Assembly: GCF_009914755.1 (NCBI RefSeq)
Contig: NC_060946.1
Origin: the human T2T-CHM13v2.0 reference genome, Homo sapiens
Reading direction: 5' to 3' (one strand)
Length of the DNA: 64,000 nucleotides
Numbering within the stretch: position 1 is the stretch's first letter; every line of letters begins with the position of its first letter. The notes beneath the pieces were generated by a model. That model saw nothing but the letters and a program-made list of their open reading frames with translations, searched no databases and was not told where the DNA came from. Shown here piece by piece: positions 14,451-28,100 of this stretch. Both the position numbers and the translations under genes were made by a program.

Positions 14451-14603
14451 GACCAGGGAGCAGGTTCTTCATGAGCTGCGTCCAAGGATCACATGGGAAG
14501 GAGTGGTGCTTTCACGGGAGAGCACAGGCCCCACGGCAGTGGCAGCAGCAGCATCTTCCAAAGAGGGCAGGGAGCAGACCCCCAACTCCCCCGGACCACC
14601 TGA

Positions 14604-15287
<684 letters not shown>

Positions 15288-15385
15288 TAGGTTTATTTGT
15301 CATTTATACAACTTTATTTAAATTGTTTGTGTCCTTTGCCCACTCTTTAAATGTGTTAGTCGCAGGTTCTTCTCTTTGATTTGAA

Positions 15386-15387
<2 letters not shown>

Positions 15388-15416
<29 letters not shown>
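15388..15416. repeat. (CA)n microsatellite
   Basis: Seen directly. Confidence 0.95.
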
Positions 15417-15421
<5 letters not shown>

Positions 15422-15941
15422 TCATGTAATATAAATTTTGTTTATTTGAAGGAGATATAGACATAAACACACATCTAGATAGATATAGATATATGCTTAA
15501 GCCTCAAGAATTAGCAATTCAGTACAGTCTAATACCAATATATTCTCCCAAGGCACTTTCATTCGGGCAGAGACAGCTGTGTCAGTGCTCTCAGCTTCTC
15601 ATCCAGGTCTGAGGATAGCCCTGCTCAAGAAAGGGGCACGTCTGAAGCCTGCTGCAGAGGAGCTAATGAAAGCAGGTGCGGACTGACCCAGCGGCAAGCA
15701 AGTGAAATCAGCCGTGGTGACTGCCTGAGAAGACATCTCCTCTCTTCTGTTTAAATGGCAGGGACTGGTGTAGAAAATGTCTTACCCTCTGATCCTTCCC
15801 CAGCTGGGAGCGACCGAGAAGCTCACATTCCCACAGGCTAAGACACCTGGAAAACCAAGAAAACTGCTATGAACAAGGGTAGAAAGACTTAAAATAAGGA
15901 TGGCCAAATACATGCCAAAATATAAGGCAAGAAAATGAGAC

Positions 15942-16394
<453 letters not shown>

Positions 16395-17954
16395 CTAATT
16401 AGACACATTATAGCAAAATTCCAGAACGCCAAAAACAAAGAGAAACTGATCAAAGCCTGTAGAGGAAGGAGCAGCTTGCTCACAATAACAGCAGTAAGAC
16501 TCATGCCAGATTTCTCCGGATGCAATCGATGTAAGTATTAAAAGAAAATAAGTTTGAGTTTAGAAATGTATTATCTAGTCATGTTGTCTTTTATGTGTAA
16601 AAAAACAAGTAACCAAGCAACAACACAAAAAAAATTCTTGAATTTTTCAAGTAAAATCAGCAAATCTAGAGATGTTACAAGCAAGATGGAGAATAAGAGT
16701 GATCTAATATTTATGTGCCATTATCTTAAAATTTAAGAAAATAAGCTAAGCCAAAGAGGTAAAAGAAAGAATATTCATGACAACTCAGAAAGGAACATGA
16801 GCGTGCTAAACTAATTGTCTTCTTAGAAAAACAACATAAAAATCTATATGGTAAAAAATCAATAGTGGTAAATAAATATGAGTATGGTCTTAAGGGTAAC
16901 CACTAGTAAAATAAAATAGGTTATGCAACTTGGCAAACAGAAGAAAATACAGAGAATGCAATGAAAGTAAACCAAATAAATAAAAGGATAAATGACAAAT
17001 GGAAAAATGAAATAAAATAGTAGAGGTAAGTTCTACCAAATAAACATTTAAAATAAAGTTAAGACAAAACTTTTCAGGTTGAATGAAAAATAAAAAAGAG
17101 CCAACAGCATGTGATCTGTAGGAGACGTAACAGAAGAATGTGGAATGATGGACAAGAAACAGATGGAAAGGATATGCTATCTAAATATGAATCCAAGTAA
17201 GGCTAGATAGCAACCACAACGTTGGAGAAAATCACAGGCAACTACATCATACCCTGAAGATCAAGGCAGGATGCGATGGAGGAGTAAGAGGACAGCTAAA
17301 CTGACACATAGCTATCATCAACATGCAAGCGTCAAATCACACAGCTGAAAAGCACATCAGCAAGATCTAAAAAAAGCTGCTGGAAGAGACAGCTAAGTCA
17401 AATGTTGTGGTTGGCTATTTTAACTACTCTGAGGATATTTTTAGATCAAGCAACCAAACACAGAAAGAAAGGAGAGGTAAAGACTGAATCAATAATTTCA
17501 AGATCTAGGAAGTATTTATAAGCATAGACATATAAAGTTTCAATCATTCTCAGTCTAAATAGTATACAGAAAAAGATCTCCCAACTATAATACAATCAAT
17601 ATTGAAATTAATTTCAAAAATGTATCTAAATTGTCAAAGTGTTTGGAAACGAAGAAATGTTTTCTTATGTAAACTTTGGGTTATGAAGAAGAATAGAAAA
17701 CTAAGTTAAGTATTTAGAACTAAATGAAGATAAAAATATTACATGTAAAATGTGCAGACACAGCAAAAGCAGTCAGGAAGGAAAATCTTCAGGGAGAAAA
17801 TGTATAGCTTTCCTTGTGTTAACCAGGAAACCAGTAAGATTAGAAACAATAAACTAATTTTTCAAATCAAGAAGTTTGGAAAACACATCAGAACAACCCA
17901 AAGAAACCAGAAATATAGAAACGAGAAACAAGAGGATGAAAATCATTGAAATAG

Positions 17955-18310
17955 TTCATTCGCCTCATGTTCTCCAAGTCCATCTGTGTTGCTTATAGGG
18001 ATTAGGTACAAAGTTTTTCAAGCAGAAGAAAAGGGTTTTGAGATCCACTGCACAGCACGGTGACTATTGTCAAGAATAAGTAATGTATTAAACATTTCAC
18101 TTTGCTTCAGGAGACTTTAAATGTTCTCTCTATGAAAAAAAGGTGGGTAAGTGAGGTGATAATATAATTTAAAAGTTTATATAACAAAATGTTAATTAGC
18201 TTGATTTAATCATTCCCCCAATGCATACACATATCAAAATACCATGTTGTATACCATAAATATATACATCTATTATTTGTCAATTAAAAATATATTTTAA
18301 ATCTATTTCA
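17955..18310 (+). mobile_element. L1MA-type 3' end with a short 5' inversion
   Basis: L1MA 3' UTR motifs (tgttaattagcttgatttaatcattcc, ttgtcaattaaaaa); TSD aaaatcattgaaatag / aaaatcagtgaaatag. Confidence 0.8.
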
Positions 18311-18829
18311 AAAATCAGTGAAATAGAAAAGGTGATTGGACCACAAAGGAAACCAAAATCTGATTCTTTACAGAGATTATAGAATAGGCTTTCCACAAAT
18401 CAGAGTAAGAACCATGCAGGGAGAGGAGAGAAAGACAAATCACAGAGAGAGGGAAGAGGGCAACCGTGATGCAGGGGAATTAAAGGGACGCAGAGATGAA
18501 AACACGCTAAAATTTTGTCCACTCTTCTACCCCTATGCATTTGAAAAATGATTAAATGGATAAACAGACAAAATGCAAAAACAGGCTGAAAAATAAGTAG
18601 GGAATTTAAATAGACCAATACTTATTAAAGAAATTAAAATTATAGCCAAAGACTCCCGTGTCCAACAAAACCTGGAAAAGGTTGTCATGAAAAGGGAATC
18701 TATCACACTTTGGAGGAGCAGATAATCCCTGAAGCAAGCTGTTCCGGACTGTGTTTGCAGACACATGCAGCGTCCTGTGTTTTATCAGCTGCTGCCTCAG
18801 AAACTAAGACTTCAAAAGCACAAAGCATT

Positions 18830-19364
18830 TGTATTAATTTTCTGTAGCTGCTGTAACCAATGACCACAAACTTGGTGGCCGGACACAACACTAATTTATT
18901 CATTTACAGGTCCAGACATCAGAATTCCAGCACGAGTCTCCGCAGGCAGGGCCTCCTGGAGGCTCTAGGGGAGAAACAACACTCATTTATTCATTTACAG
19001 GTCCAGAGATCAGAAGTCCAGCATGAGTCTCGGCAGGCAGGGCCTCCTGGAGGCTCCGGGGGAGAATCCCTTTCCTTGACTGTTTCAGCTTCTAGAACCA
19101 CCAGATTCTGCAGCTCAGGGCCTCCTCTGTCTTCACAGCTAGCAACGGAGGGTGGAGTCCTTCTCCCATCGTATCGCTCCGCTTCCCTCTTCCACCTTTA
19201 AGCGGAAGACAGGACCCACCTGGATAATCCAAGGTCGCTTCCCTTACTCCAAGTTCCACCTGCAACCCTAGCGCCCCCGTAACAGGTACCAGCCAGGTAA
19301 CAGGTTCACAGGTTTCAGGGATCAGGACACAGGTGTCTTTAGGAGGGCTTTAGTCTTCCTACTA
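18830..19364 (-). mobile_element. MLT1C/D-type LTR with an internal 91-bp tandem duplication
   Basis: Starts tgtattaattttctgtagctgctgtaaccaatgaccacaaacttggtggc; duplicate units at 18885 and 18976. Confidence 0.85.
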
Positions 19365-19372
19365 TGATATGA

Positions 19373-19695
<323 letters not shown>

Positions 19696-20828
19696 CTGAT
19701 ATGATTTATGATGTGACATGATATATAATGTGACATGTGATATGTGCTGTGACATGATATTTAAATGCATATAATTTCTCTGTATATTTATATATGGATA
19801 CTATCTTAAAGAGTACACACCAATATTTTTAAGTGTTTTCCTCCCCAAAGGAGGATGATTTAACTCTTTCTCATACGCCCTTCTCTGGTGTAGTCACAGT
19901 GACTATGTGTGTTATTTCCCCACATATGTGTTTGAGTGTCCACAACAGAAGGTTTAACTGCAACCTTATAATAATAAATGGTGCATTATACATCAGGGGT
20001 CAGCTGTGAGTTTAACTCAGAACACGCCAACCACCAGGGGCCCCACGGAACATCGGCTCCCACTCCCGACACCTCCTGCTCCAGCGCAGGCAGAGCCGAC
20101 AAACAGCCCCACGGGGTCCTTGGAGAAGAGCTTGCCTTCCTCTGCTGTGTGTCTTCTGGCTCAGTGAGGAGAGTTGCGGGGAGGGCGTCCTCTTAGAAGC
20201 ACTCTTATTTCATTCTTAACACAGGGAAGGCAGCCTCCCCCCGGATACCTCTGGCTGCGAGTACCAGCTTGCTCCTCTTTGTCACCCGGTAAATCAGATG
20301 TCTGCACCATGGCAATGCGTGGAGCAAATGATTAAACTGTCCACGAAGGCCGCGGAGGTCTTCATCGAGGTTAACTGCTTGTGAATTTGCAGCTCAGGGA
20401 GGGTCTGTGGGAGCCCACGAGACGTTCTTGTATCAACCGACGGCCTTCCTCGCCTGTTGGTGTCACACAGGGTGGCCTCACCTTCCCGAAGAGGCCTCAG
20501 CCCGTGAACGGGGACCTGTGAGTCGTGGGCAGGACTCAAGTGCCAAAGCCTGAAGGTTTTGGGGGGAGCAGAGTCCACACGCACCTTGGTGCTTTCCACA
20601 ACCTGTTCCTCAAAGGGATGGTTTGGGGACCTTAGGAAGGAGATGTTGTCAGGCGTTTACCTGATCTGGTCTTCACATCCTCTTGGATCCTTCCAACTTT
20701 GCCACTTGCTCCTGTCCCCGCCATTGCTCTAACAAATTATCACCAAGCTCCGTGAACTCCTGGCTGGACTCAGGTGGAAATTCTGCATCCTTGGCTCGTG
20801 GTGTGACCCGCTGACAATGCTCTGTTCC

Positions 20829-20929
20829 GACCCTCTCCTCCCTCCCCTTCCTGGCTCTCGGACCCTCCTGGCCACATCATCAGACCCTCTCCTCCCTCCC
20901 CTTCCTGGCACTCGGACCCTCCTGGCCAC
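20829..20929. repeat. Two-copy tandem duplication, 54 bp unit
   Basis: gaccctctcctccctccccttcctggc.ctcggaccctcctggccac at 20829 and 20883. Confidence 0.92.
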
Positions 20930-20984
20930 GTTATTGCTGCCTCTTTGGCCTGTTTCCCGTGGAAGCAGAGAGACACCAGCAAGA

Positions 20985-21254
20985 GAAAAACTCGGCCGAT
21001 GGCGCTGGCTTTGGAGATGGAGGAGGGGCCGCAAGCCAAAGGAGGAAAACGCCTCTAAAAGCTGGAAAGACAGATCCTCCCTTGGAGCCCCTGGGGGATG
21101 CAGCCCTGCCCACACCTCAATATTAGCCCCATGAGACCCAGGCTGGACGGCTGACCTCTGACCTCGAGAGCTGCGGGGTGATGCACCCGCTCTGTGCTGT
21201 TACATCACTCGGTCAAAGGTGATTTTTTAATGGCAGCAGTAAAAAATAAACACA
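20985..21254 (+). mobile_element. MLT1D-like LTR, 3' part
   Basis: ctggctttggagatggagga...agctggaaa...gcagccctgcccacacct...ggcagcagtaaaaaataaacaca. Confidence 0.75.
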
Positions 21255-21298
21255 GTACAGGATCAATGTTTACTATTGACACAATTACATTATTGGGC

Positions 21299-21610
21299 TT
21301 TTTATTTTATTTTATTTTATTTGTTTTGAGACAGGATCTTGCTCTGTCACCCAGGCGAGAGTACAGTGGTGTGATCACAGCTCACTGCAGTCTCCACCTC
21401 CCCAGGCTCAAGGGCTCCTCCCGCCTCAGCCTCCCGAGTTGCTGGGACTACAGGCATGCACCACCACGCCCAGCTAATTTTTGTATTTTTAGTAGAGACA
21501 GGGCTTAGCTGTGTTGCCCAGACTGGTCTTGAACTCCTGGCCTCAAGCAGTCCATCCACCTTGGCTTCCCAAAGTGCTGAGAATACAGATGTGAACCACT
21601 GCTCCCGGCC
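21299..21610 (-). mobile_element. AluJ, antisense
   Basis: gatcacagctcactgcag, ggctcaag and ctcctggcctcaagc J-type positions. Confidence 0.92.
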
Positions 21611-21859
21611 TTACTGACTGTTTTGTGTACGCCAGACACCATGCAAGGTAAAAAGTAAAGCACAGCGTGGGGCGAGGAGCAGGGCTGAGGCCAGGTTGCT
21701 GTGAGCCTCGGTGACCTCACCTGTGAAGCCGGCGCAGACCCACCAGCGATGTATCTGGTGCAGCATCTGCCACATCCTCAGCAGAGCATAAAGACCCCCT
21801 GCTGCTCCCCCTCCCACCATCCTCCTGCTCCTCCAGGGAAAATGCAGGGAGGCTCATAG

Positions 21860-22950
21860 TAGCACCATGGTGTTAGTCATGGAGGGCCTGAGCCCAGTCT
21901 GAAAAGTACTTAGGAACAGAATTGGTGAGACTTGCCTGGAACAGAATGGATGTAGGGATGTAGAAGGGGCTGGGTAGGGAGCGGTGCCCAGCGGTGCAGC
22001 CTGGAGGGCTGGTGGACGGCTGGGGTGGGAGACAGAGGGCTGGGCTGCCCGTTTAAGGAGAGTCCTGCGGGGCTGCTTGCAGAGGTGTTTTGGAGCATGC
22101 TGGCACCTGAGGGACATTCGGGCAGAGATTTCCAGGAGGTTGAGTGATGTCCAGGGTTGTATCTCTGGGAAGATGCCCAGTCAGTTCAGACGGATTTGCG
22201 ATGCATTGACATAGATGCATAGATTGAGGCCGTGCTATAGGGTGAACTCGCCCCAGCTCGGCACACACAGTGAGGAGGGCGGCTGAGCACACACAGTGAG
22301 GAGGACAGCTGAGCACACACAGTGAGGAGGGCGGCTGAGCACACACAGTGAGGAGGGCGGCCGAGCACCACCCAGGGGTCCTCGGCACACACAGTGAAGA
22401 GGGCGGCTGAGCACACACAGTGAGGAGGACAGCTGAGCACACACAGTGAGGAGGGCGCCTGAGCACCACCCAGGGGTCCATGCATGTTTTACTGATGGGT
22501 CAGAGGGGCGCCGTGGGGGCTGTGGAGAAACCGCCTAAGGTGAAGAAGAGGAAGGAGAATGTGCATCCACAAAGCTGGGGTGCAGGGAACCCCAGGAAGG
22601 GAGGGAGGGTCAGCGGAGATCAATGCAGGTGGACTAGAACATGCCCGGTTCACGGCCCCGTTTCCCTCTCCTACACGCATTCTGCAAAGATTTTTTGTGC
22701 ACCTACTGTGTGCCAGGCAGGACCATCATGAGAGTGTGCAGAGCGGTGCCGGGAGCAGGAGCTGGGTGGGGGCACTCAGGGGCCGAGCATCTCCATGTCC
22801 TGCCTTCTGGAAATACAGAGAGAGTCACGAGAGAGTCAGGGTTTGCTTGGGGGAGCAGGTCCCGGAAATGAATTTTGCAGTGGGTGGGAGTTGAGCTTGT
22901 TTATTGACAGAAGAGAGGAGCGTCTGCAGAGTCAGGGGCAGAAGCTCCTG
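21860..22950 (-). mobile_element. L2 fragments (antisense) surrounding the 26-bp VNTR
   Basis: gacattcgggcagagatttccaggagg...gattgaggccgtg and cacctactgtgtgccaggca resemble antisense L2. Confidence 0.55.
22258..22479. repeat. Minisatellite, 26-bp unit, in two blocks (4 + 3 units)
   Basis: Unit gcacacacagtgaggagggcggctga; each block ends gcaccacccaggggtcc. Confidence 0.95.
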
Positions 22951-23180
22951 GAAAAAGGAACCATGAGGCAGGTGCCACGGTGGGTCCAGGGCCCGGAGGA
23001 TGAGGAGTTGGGCCAGGAGGGAGGCCTTCCGATGCCAGAAGGCAGTGGAGCATGTGTGGTGGGAAAGAATTTAAGGAGACCTCGTGGGGTCTCCACACGG
23101 AGGCTCCAAGATGACCACCCACATTCAGTGTGTATCCGCAGGGAACCGGGCCGTGGAAGACTGCCTCTGTTTGCATTTGA

Positions 23181-23181
<1 letters not shown>

Positions 23182-23218
<37 letters not shown>

Positions 23219-23250
23219 TAGTGTGTATATATATATATATATGTATGTAT
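23182..23250. repeat. Compound (CA)n/(TA)n microsatellite
   Basis: Seen directly. Confidence 0.95.
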
Positions 23251-23254
23251 ATAG

Positions 23255-23554
<300 letters not shown>

Positions 23555-23956
23555 TTGACCACATAGTTATGTTTGTGAACATACTGAAGGCCCTCTATCC
23601 TTCCTGCCCCTGCACTGCAGGGTTGGTGACTAAGTAGAATAATATTCTAAATTGAATAATGTTCTTTGGCTTTTTATCCATGGCCCTGAAGTTTCATGCT
23701 TTTGAGCAACATAAATATTTCAGATGGTTTTATTTTAATGCAAGCATTACACCCACCCAGCAAGCCTGAGCTTCCCTGTGCTTCAGTGGGGACCTGCCAT
23801 TGCAGCCCCTGCATCTGGTTTCAGCACGGAATTGGCTGGACAGGGACCCACAGGCACCAGAGGCGTGGCTCAGCCCTGGGATCTGGCCCACCTGCCCACA
23901 GCACAGAGGGCAATTTCCCTGGGAGATTGGCGTGATTGAGTGCACCACCCCCATGA

Positions 23957-24445
<489 letters not shown>

Positions 24446-24519
24446 TAAAAAAACAGCATAAAATTTACCAGGAGTGACAGTTGGTTCCTTCTGAGCACTT
24501 CATTGGGCAGACCCCACGA

Positions 24520-24990
24520 TCCTTACATGAAACATTTTGAACTTCCTCTTCCTTCCCACACACCGGGTGTACGGAAGAACATCTCCATCCATCCTCCAGG
24601 TGCCCAAACAGAAGCTCAGCTCTGTACCCCTCTTGCTCCAAGATCTTCACATCCAAACACCCCTGGGTCTCGCTCAGATTCTCCCACTTCCAGAACCCGC
24701 TTCTGAGCACGGCCACCTCTTCCTGCATCTGCAGTCCCACCGCCCTGCGTGACCCACTGCCTTGCACGACCCACCGCCCTGCAGGCACCAGCTTCTGGCA
24801 TCTGATCTGATGGCCCCACAACGCTCACTGCAGAGCAACCTTCCTAAGACACAAATCTGACCATGATTCTCCCTGATTTAGAATCATCCTTGGCTCCCTG
24901 TTGCCATCAGCAGAGAATCCGGAGTCCTCAGCACATAGGCGATGCTCGGGGGGCCTGGCCTCTGCGTCTCCCCAAAGGCTCCAGGAATGT
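24520..24990 (+). mobile_element. L2 fragment
   Basis: cttcctaagacacaaatctgaccatg...ccttggctccctgttgcc is L2-typical. Confidence 0.6.
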
Positions 24991-25069
24991 AGACACAAAG
25001 TGCGGCCCCCCAGCGCTGGCCTCCCCACTCCTGCACAGCCCCCAGGAGTAGAGGGCAGGTAAAGCATTG

Positions 25070-25175
25070 GGACCCTCCTGCCAGAGGCTCTGGGTTCAAA
25101 TCCCAGCTCCACCACTCACCACCTGCATCACTGCAAGCTAACCCCTGAGCTGCTCAGGCCCCAGGGTCCCCGCTC
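25070..25175 (+). mobile_element. MIR fragment
   Basis: ctgggttcaaatcccagctccaccactcacc MIR core. Confidence 0.7.
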
Positions 25176-28100
25176 ACCACTGGCATATCTGGCATGTTAA
25201 GGCAGCAAAGCACCCCCAGCCATGCCCAGCACTGTGCCTTTAAGAGCCAAGGCGCTGGCCGTGAGCGCAGCCCCACAAATGATGGCTGCTGGTTTTGTTA
25301 CTGTCACAACAATCATCCACGGAGACCCAGTGGGCTCCGATGTTCTCGGGTGACACTGGCTGCCAGGAGCCCGGGAACAGCCAAGCCTCGTCCGACTCCT
25401 GCTCTCCCAGGAGCGTCCCCATGGCTCTCAGCTCTGCCTCCAGGAGCCACGCCCTCGTCGCGTCCGCTGCCCACTCTCTCCTCCGTGGTATTTCCTGTGT
25501 GACCCCACGTGGCTCCTGGACAGCACCGCATGGAGCCTCTGCTACTGTGTGAGAGGAAGCCACGTTCCCTCGCCCTTCCTCCCGTGCCCGCCGGTCCTCA
25601 GCTGAGAATCGCCACACAGCCAGGCTGTGGCCACAGAACTGCTGTCTGCAGATCGCTTCCGTCCCCGCGTCCCCAGCCTTGACGGACTCCGTCCAATGAC
25701 GACAGTCCACGCCCACGTCGGCGACGCCCTTCCCCTTCACAGGCAGTGTCACGTTCCTGCTCTCAGCTCACTGTCCCCATGGGTGGGAGGGCCCCTGAGG
25801 GGACTTCAAGGAGACCCTGGGCTCGTGGAGCCTCACGGGGGAAAGCCTGACTCTGAGTCACCACTGGAAAGTGCTGCAGGCAGCTGTGAAGATGAAACGG
25901 GCAACGCCAGCTGCTCCTCCCCCTCGGACTCGGGCAGCCTTGCCCCCACGTTCCTGCAAAGAGCACGACCCCCCAAGGGAGCTCAGGTTCTACCCACCCT
26001 CAGGGCCCTCACCTCACCAGAGAGGTTCCTGCAAGCAGCACGGCTGAGAAGCTGCTCCAAAATAGGACCCCACTTCAGCCTGGGTGAGGCAGGGGCCTGC
26101 ACTGGTGCCTCAGGAGCCAGTCGTGGTGGGGGCCTGGCTGGCAAACCTGAAGGGGCAGCCCAGGCCTGCAGCCCGAGCCCACATGGAGACACCGGGACTC
26201 GAGATGGGCCTGAGGGGAAATCACCTCCCTTCCTTTCCCACAGCACACTTCGGGGGAGGGAAGGAGGAATAAAGGGGAGGCCGGACCTGAGGAGCGCTCT
26301 GGGGGGCTTCAGGAGCACCAGGGTGTGCATGGCGGTGTGGGGAGGGTGCCCAGGGCTGCAGAAGTTGGAGACGGCTCCAGAGGCAAGTAGAGCCTGGCAG
26401 GCAGGGGAGAGCGCACAGGCCTCTGACGCCAGGAGCAACCGGCATCTGGGAAGACCCTGTGCACACCGCGAGCTGGTGGCGACCGCATGGCCAGGGTGAG
26501 GAAGGACAGGCCCCTGGGATGAGAGGCCCTGGGGAAGCAGCTTGCATTTTAGCCTGGAAGGGCTGAGGTGATTCTGGCTACAGGGGACCCTAGCAGGGAG
26601 GATGTTCACTGCACAGAAGCAGTGAGGAAGACCCGAGAGGAAAGAGCAGGACTGCCATCGCTGGCTCTGGGCTCCAACAAGGAGAGGGAAATGAAGGACC
26701 CCCTAAGCCTCACACTGGCTGGGCACAGAGCAGAGACAGGGCTGCAGGCGGACTCTGTCTGGCAAGAGTGCCTCGATGAAGCTCTGTGGCTTCCCCCAGG
26801 CTGTGCTGCCGAGGTCTCCCGGCTGACAGTGGAAACAGCACAGGAGAAATCCCTGTGGACTGCCTGGAGGAGACCCAGGGACTGGGCTTTTGGGTTCTCT
26901 GCTCTGTGAGGTCTGAGAGGTGCGCTGAGTGGGCTCACTTAAGGCATTAGTCACAGGCTCTTTGTCCATGGCTGCCCCAAGGTATCATAATTCATTTGAA
27001 CTGGACGTCCACATCCCTCCAAACCCAAGTTCAATAGCATTTCATTACTGCAAGGGCAGACGGAGCGCTTTCTTCTGTGTTCCAAGTTTATTTCAGCCTA
27101 AATTATTAAGCAGCTTGTTTAATAATGCAAGCCTTTGCATTGTCGATGGAAGAGCAGGCGCCTTGTTTCAAAGCACATTGTCTCTGGAAAGCTGCGGGAG
27201 ACCGGCTGTCTCTCTGATCTTGCGCTTAGGGTCATCTGTTCATCGCGAGGAGGAGGTTTTTACTTGTTGATAAATGAGGTGCGGCCAGCTCTGCGTGCCC
27301 TGACGGGCTACCGACAGCCCGCTCTTTCCAAACGATGCCTGCCTCCTTATTGCATGTGGTGAGCTTCCTGGGATGCAGGCCGACCATTCCGGTGGTTTTC
27401 AGAGAGAAGCAGGTGCTGCCTAAGCCAAGCTCCTTCCCGGCGCACCTCGCATGACACACGCACACGGACGAATGGTGCATTCTTAAAACACTCGGGAGAG
27501 GCGTCGTTTCCTGGGCTAATGCTCCTCACTCCATTGAGACCCCTCCAAGCCCACACCCTTTGTGCTCAGCTGAGAAGCTCATGCAGGCCACCCCCAGCCT
27601 GCCGGGGCTCGTGACAGCCCAAATGTCAGGGAGGAGCAAGTGGAGATGGGAACTTGCTTCACGTGTGAATCAAGACTCCATGTTAATTAACCATAAGCTC
27701 CACCAGGAGCCCTCTCCAAAGCCATGGAACACCAGGCCCAGGTCTCCGCACTGAGACTTGGTGGCCTCTGCCCTGAGACATGGTGGCCTCTGCAGCGTCC
27801 TTGTCACCTCCAGGCCAGTGACGGCCCTCCCTGTCCTTCAGTCCCTCCCTGCCACCACGAAGATTGGAACCGGTACAGCACCCTGTTCGCAAGCTTCGTA
27901 AAGCAAGTCCACCCAGCCCTGCCCTGGGATTTTAGAGTCCCGGGTGGGTGTTTCCAGCCATGTCTGAAACGGCAAAGAATCCTTGAAAATCTCCCCAGGA
28001 GGAGACGGATCCAGAGATGGACGTGCTTTCTCCTTCAGCCTGGGCACACTCGAGGGTGAAAGGGGCATGGGGCGTAGTTGCACAGGACGGCAGGACAGCA

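Noticed and set aside
25400-25760. CpG island/promoter (also 59930-60160)
   Set aside because: CpG is elevated, but by eye the stretches look too short and sparse; not computed.
25627-26609. 290-aa and 208-aa overlapping ORFs
   Set aside because: Open on both strands in GC-rich DNA; no domain or convincing exon structure.
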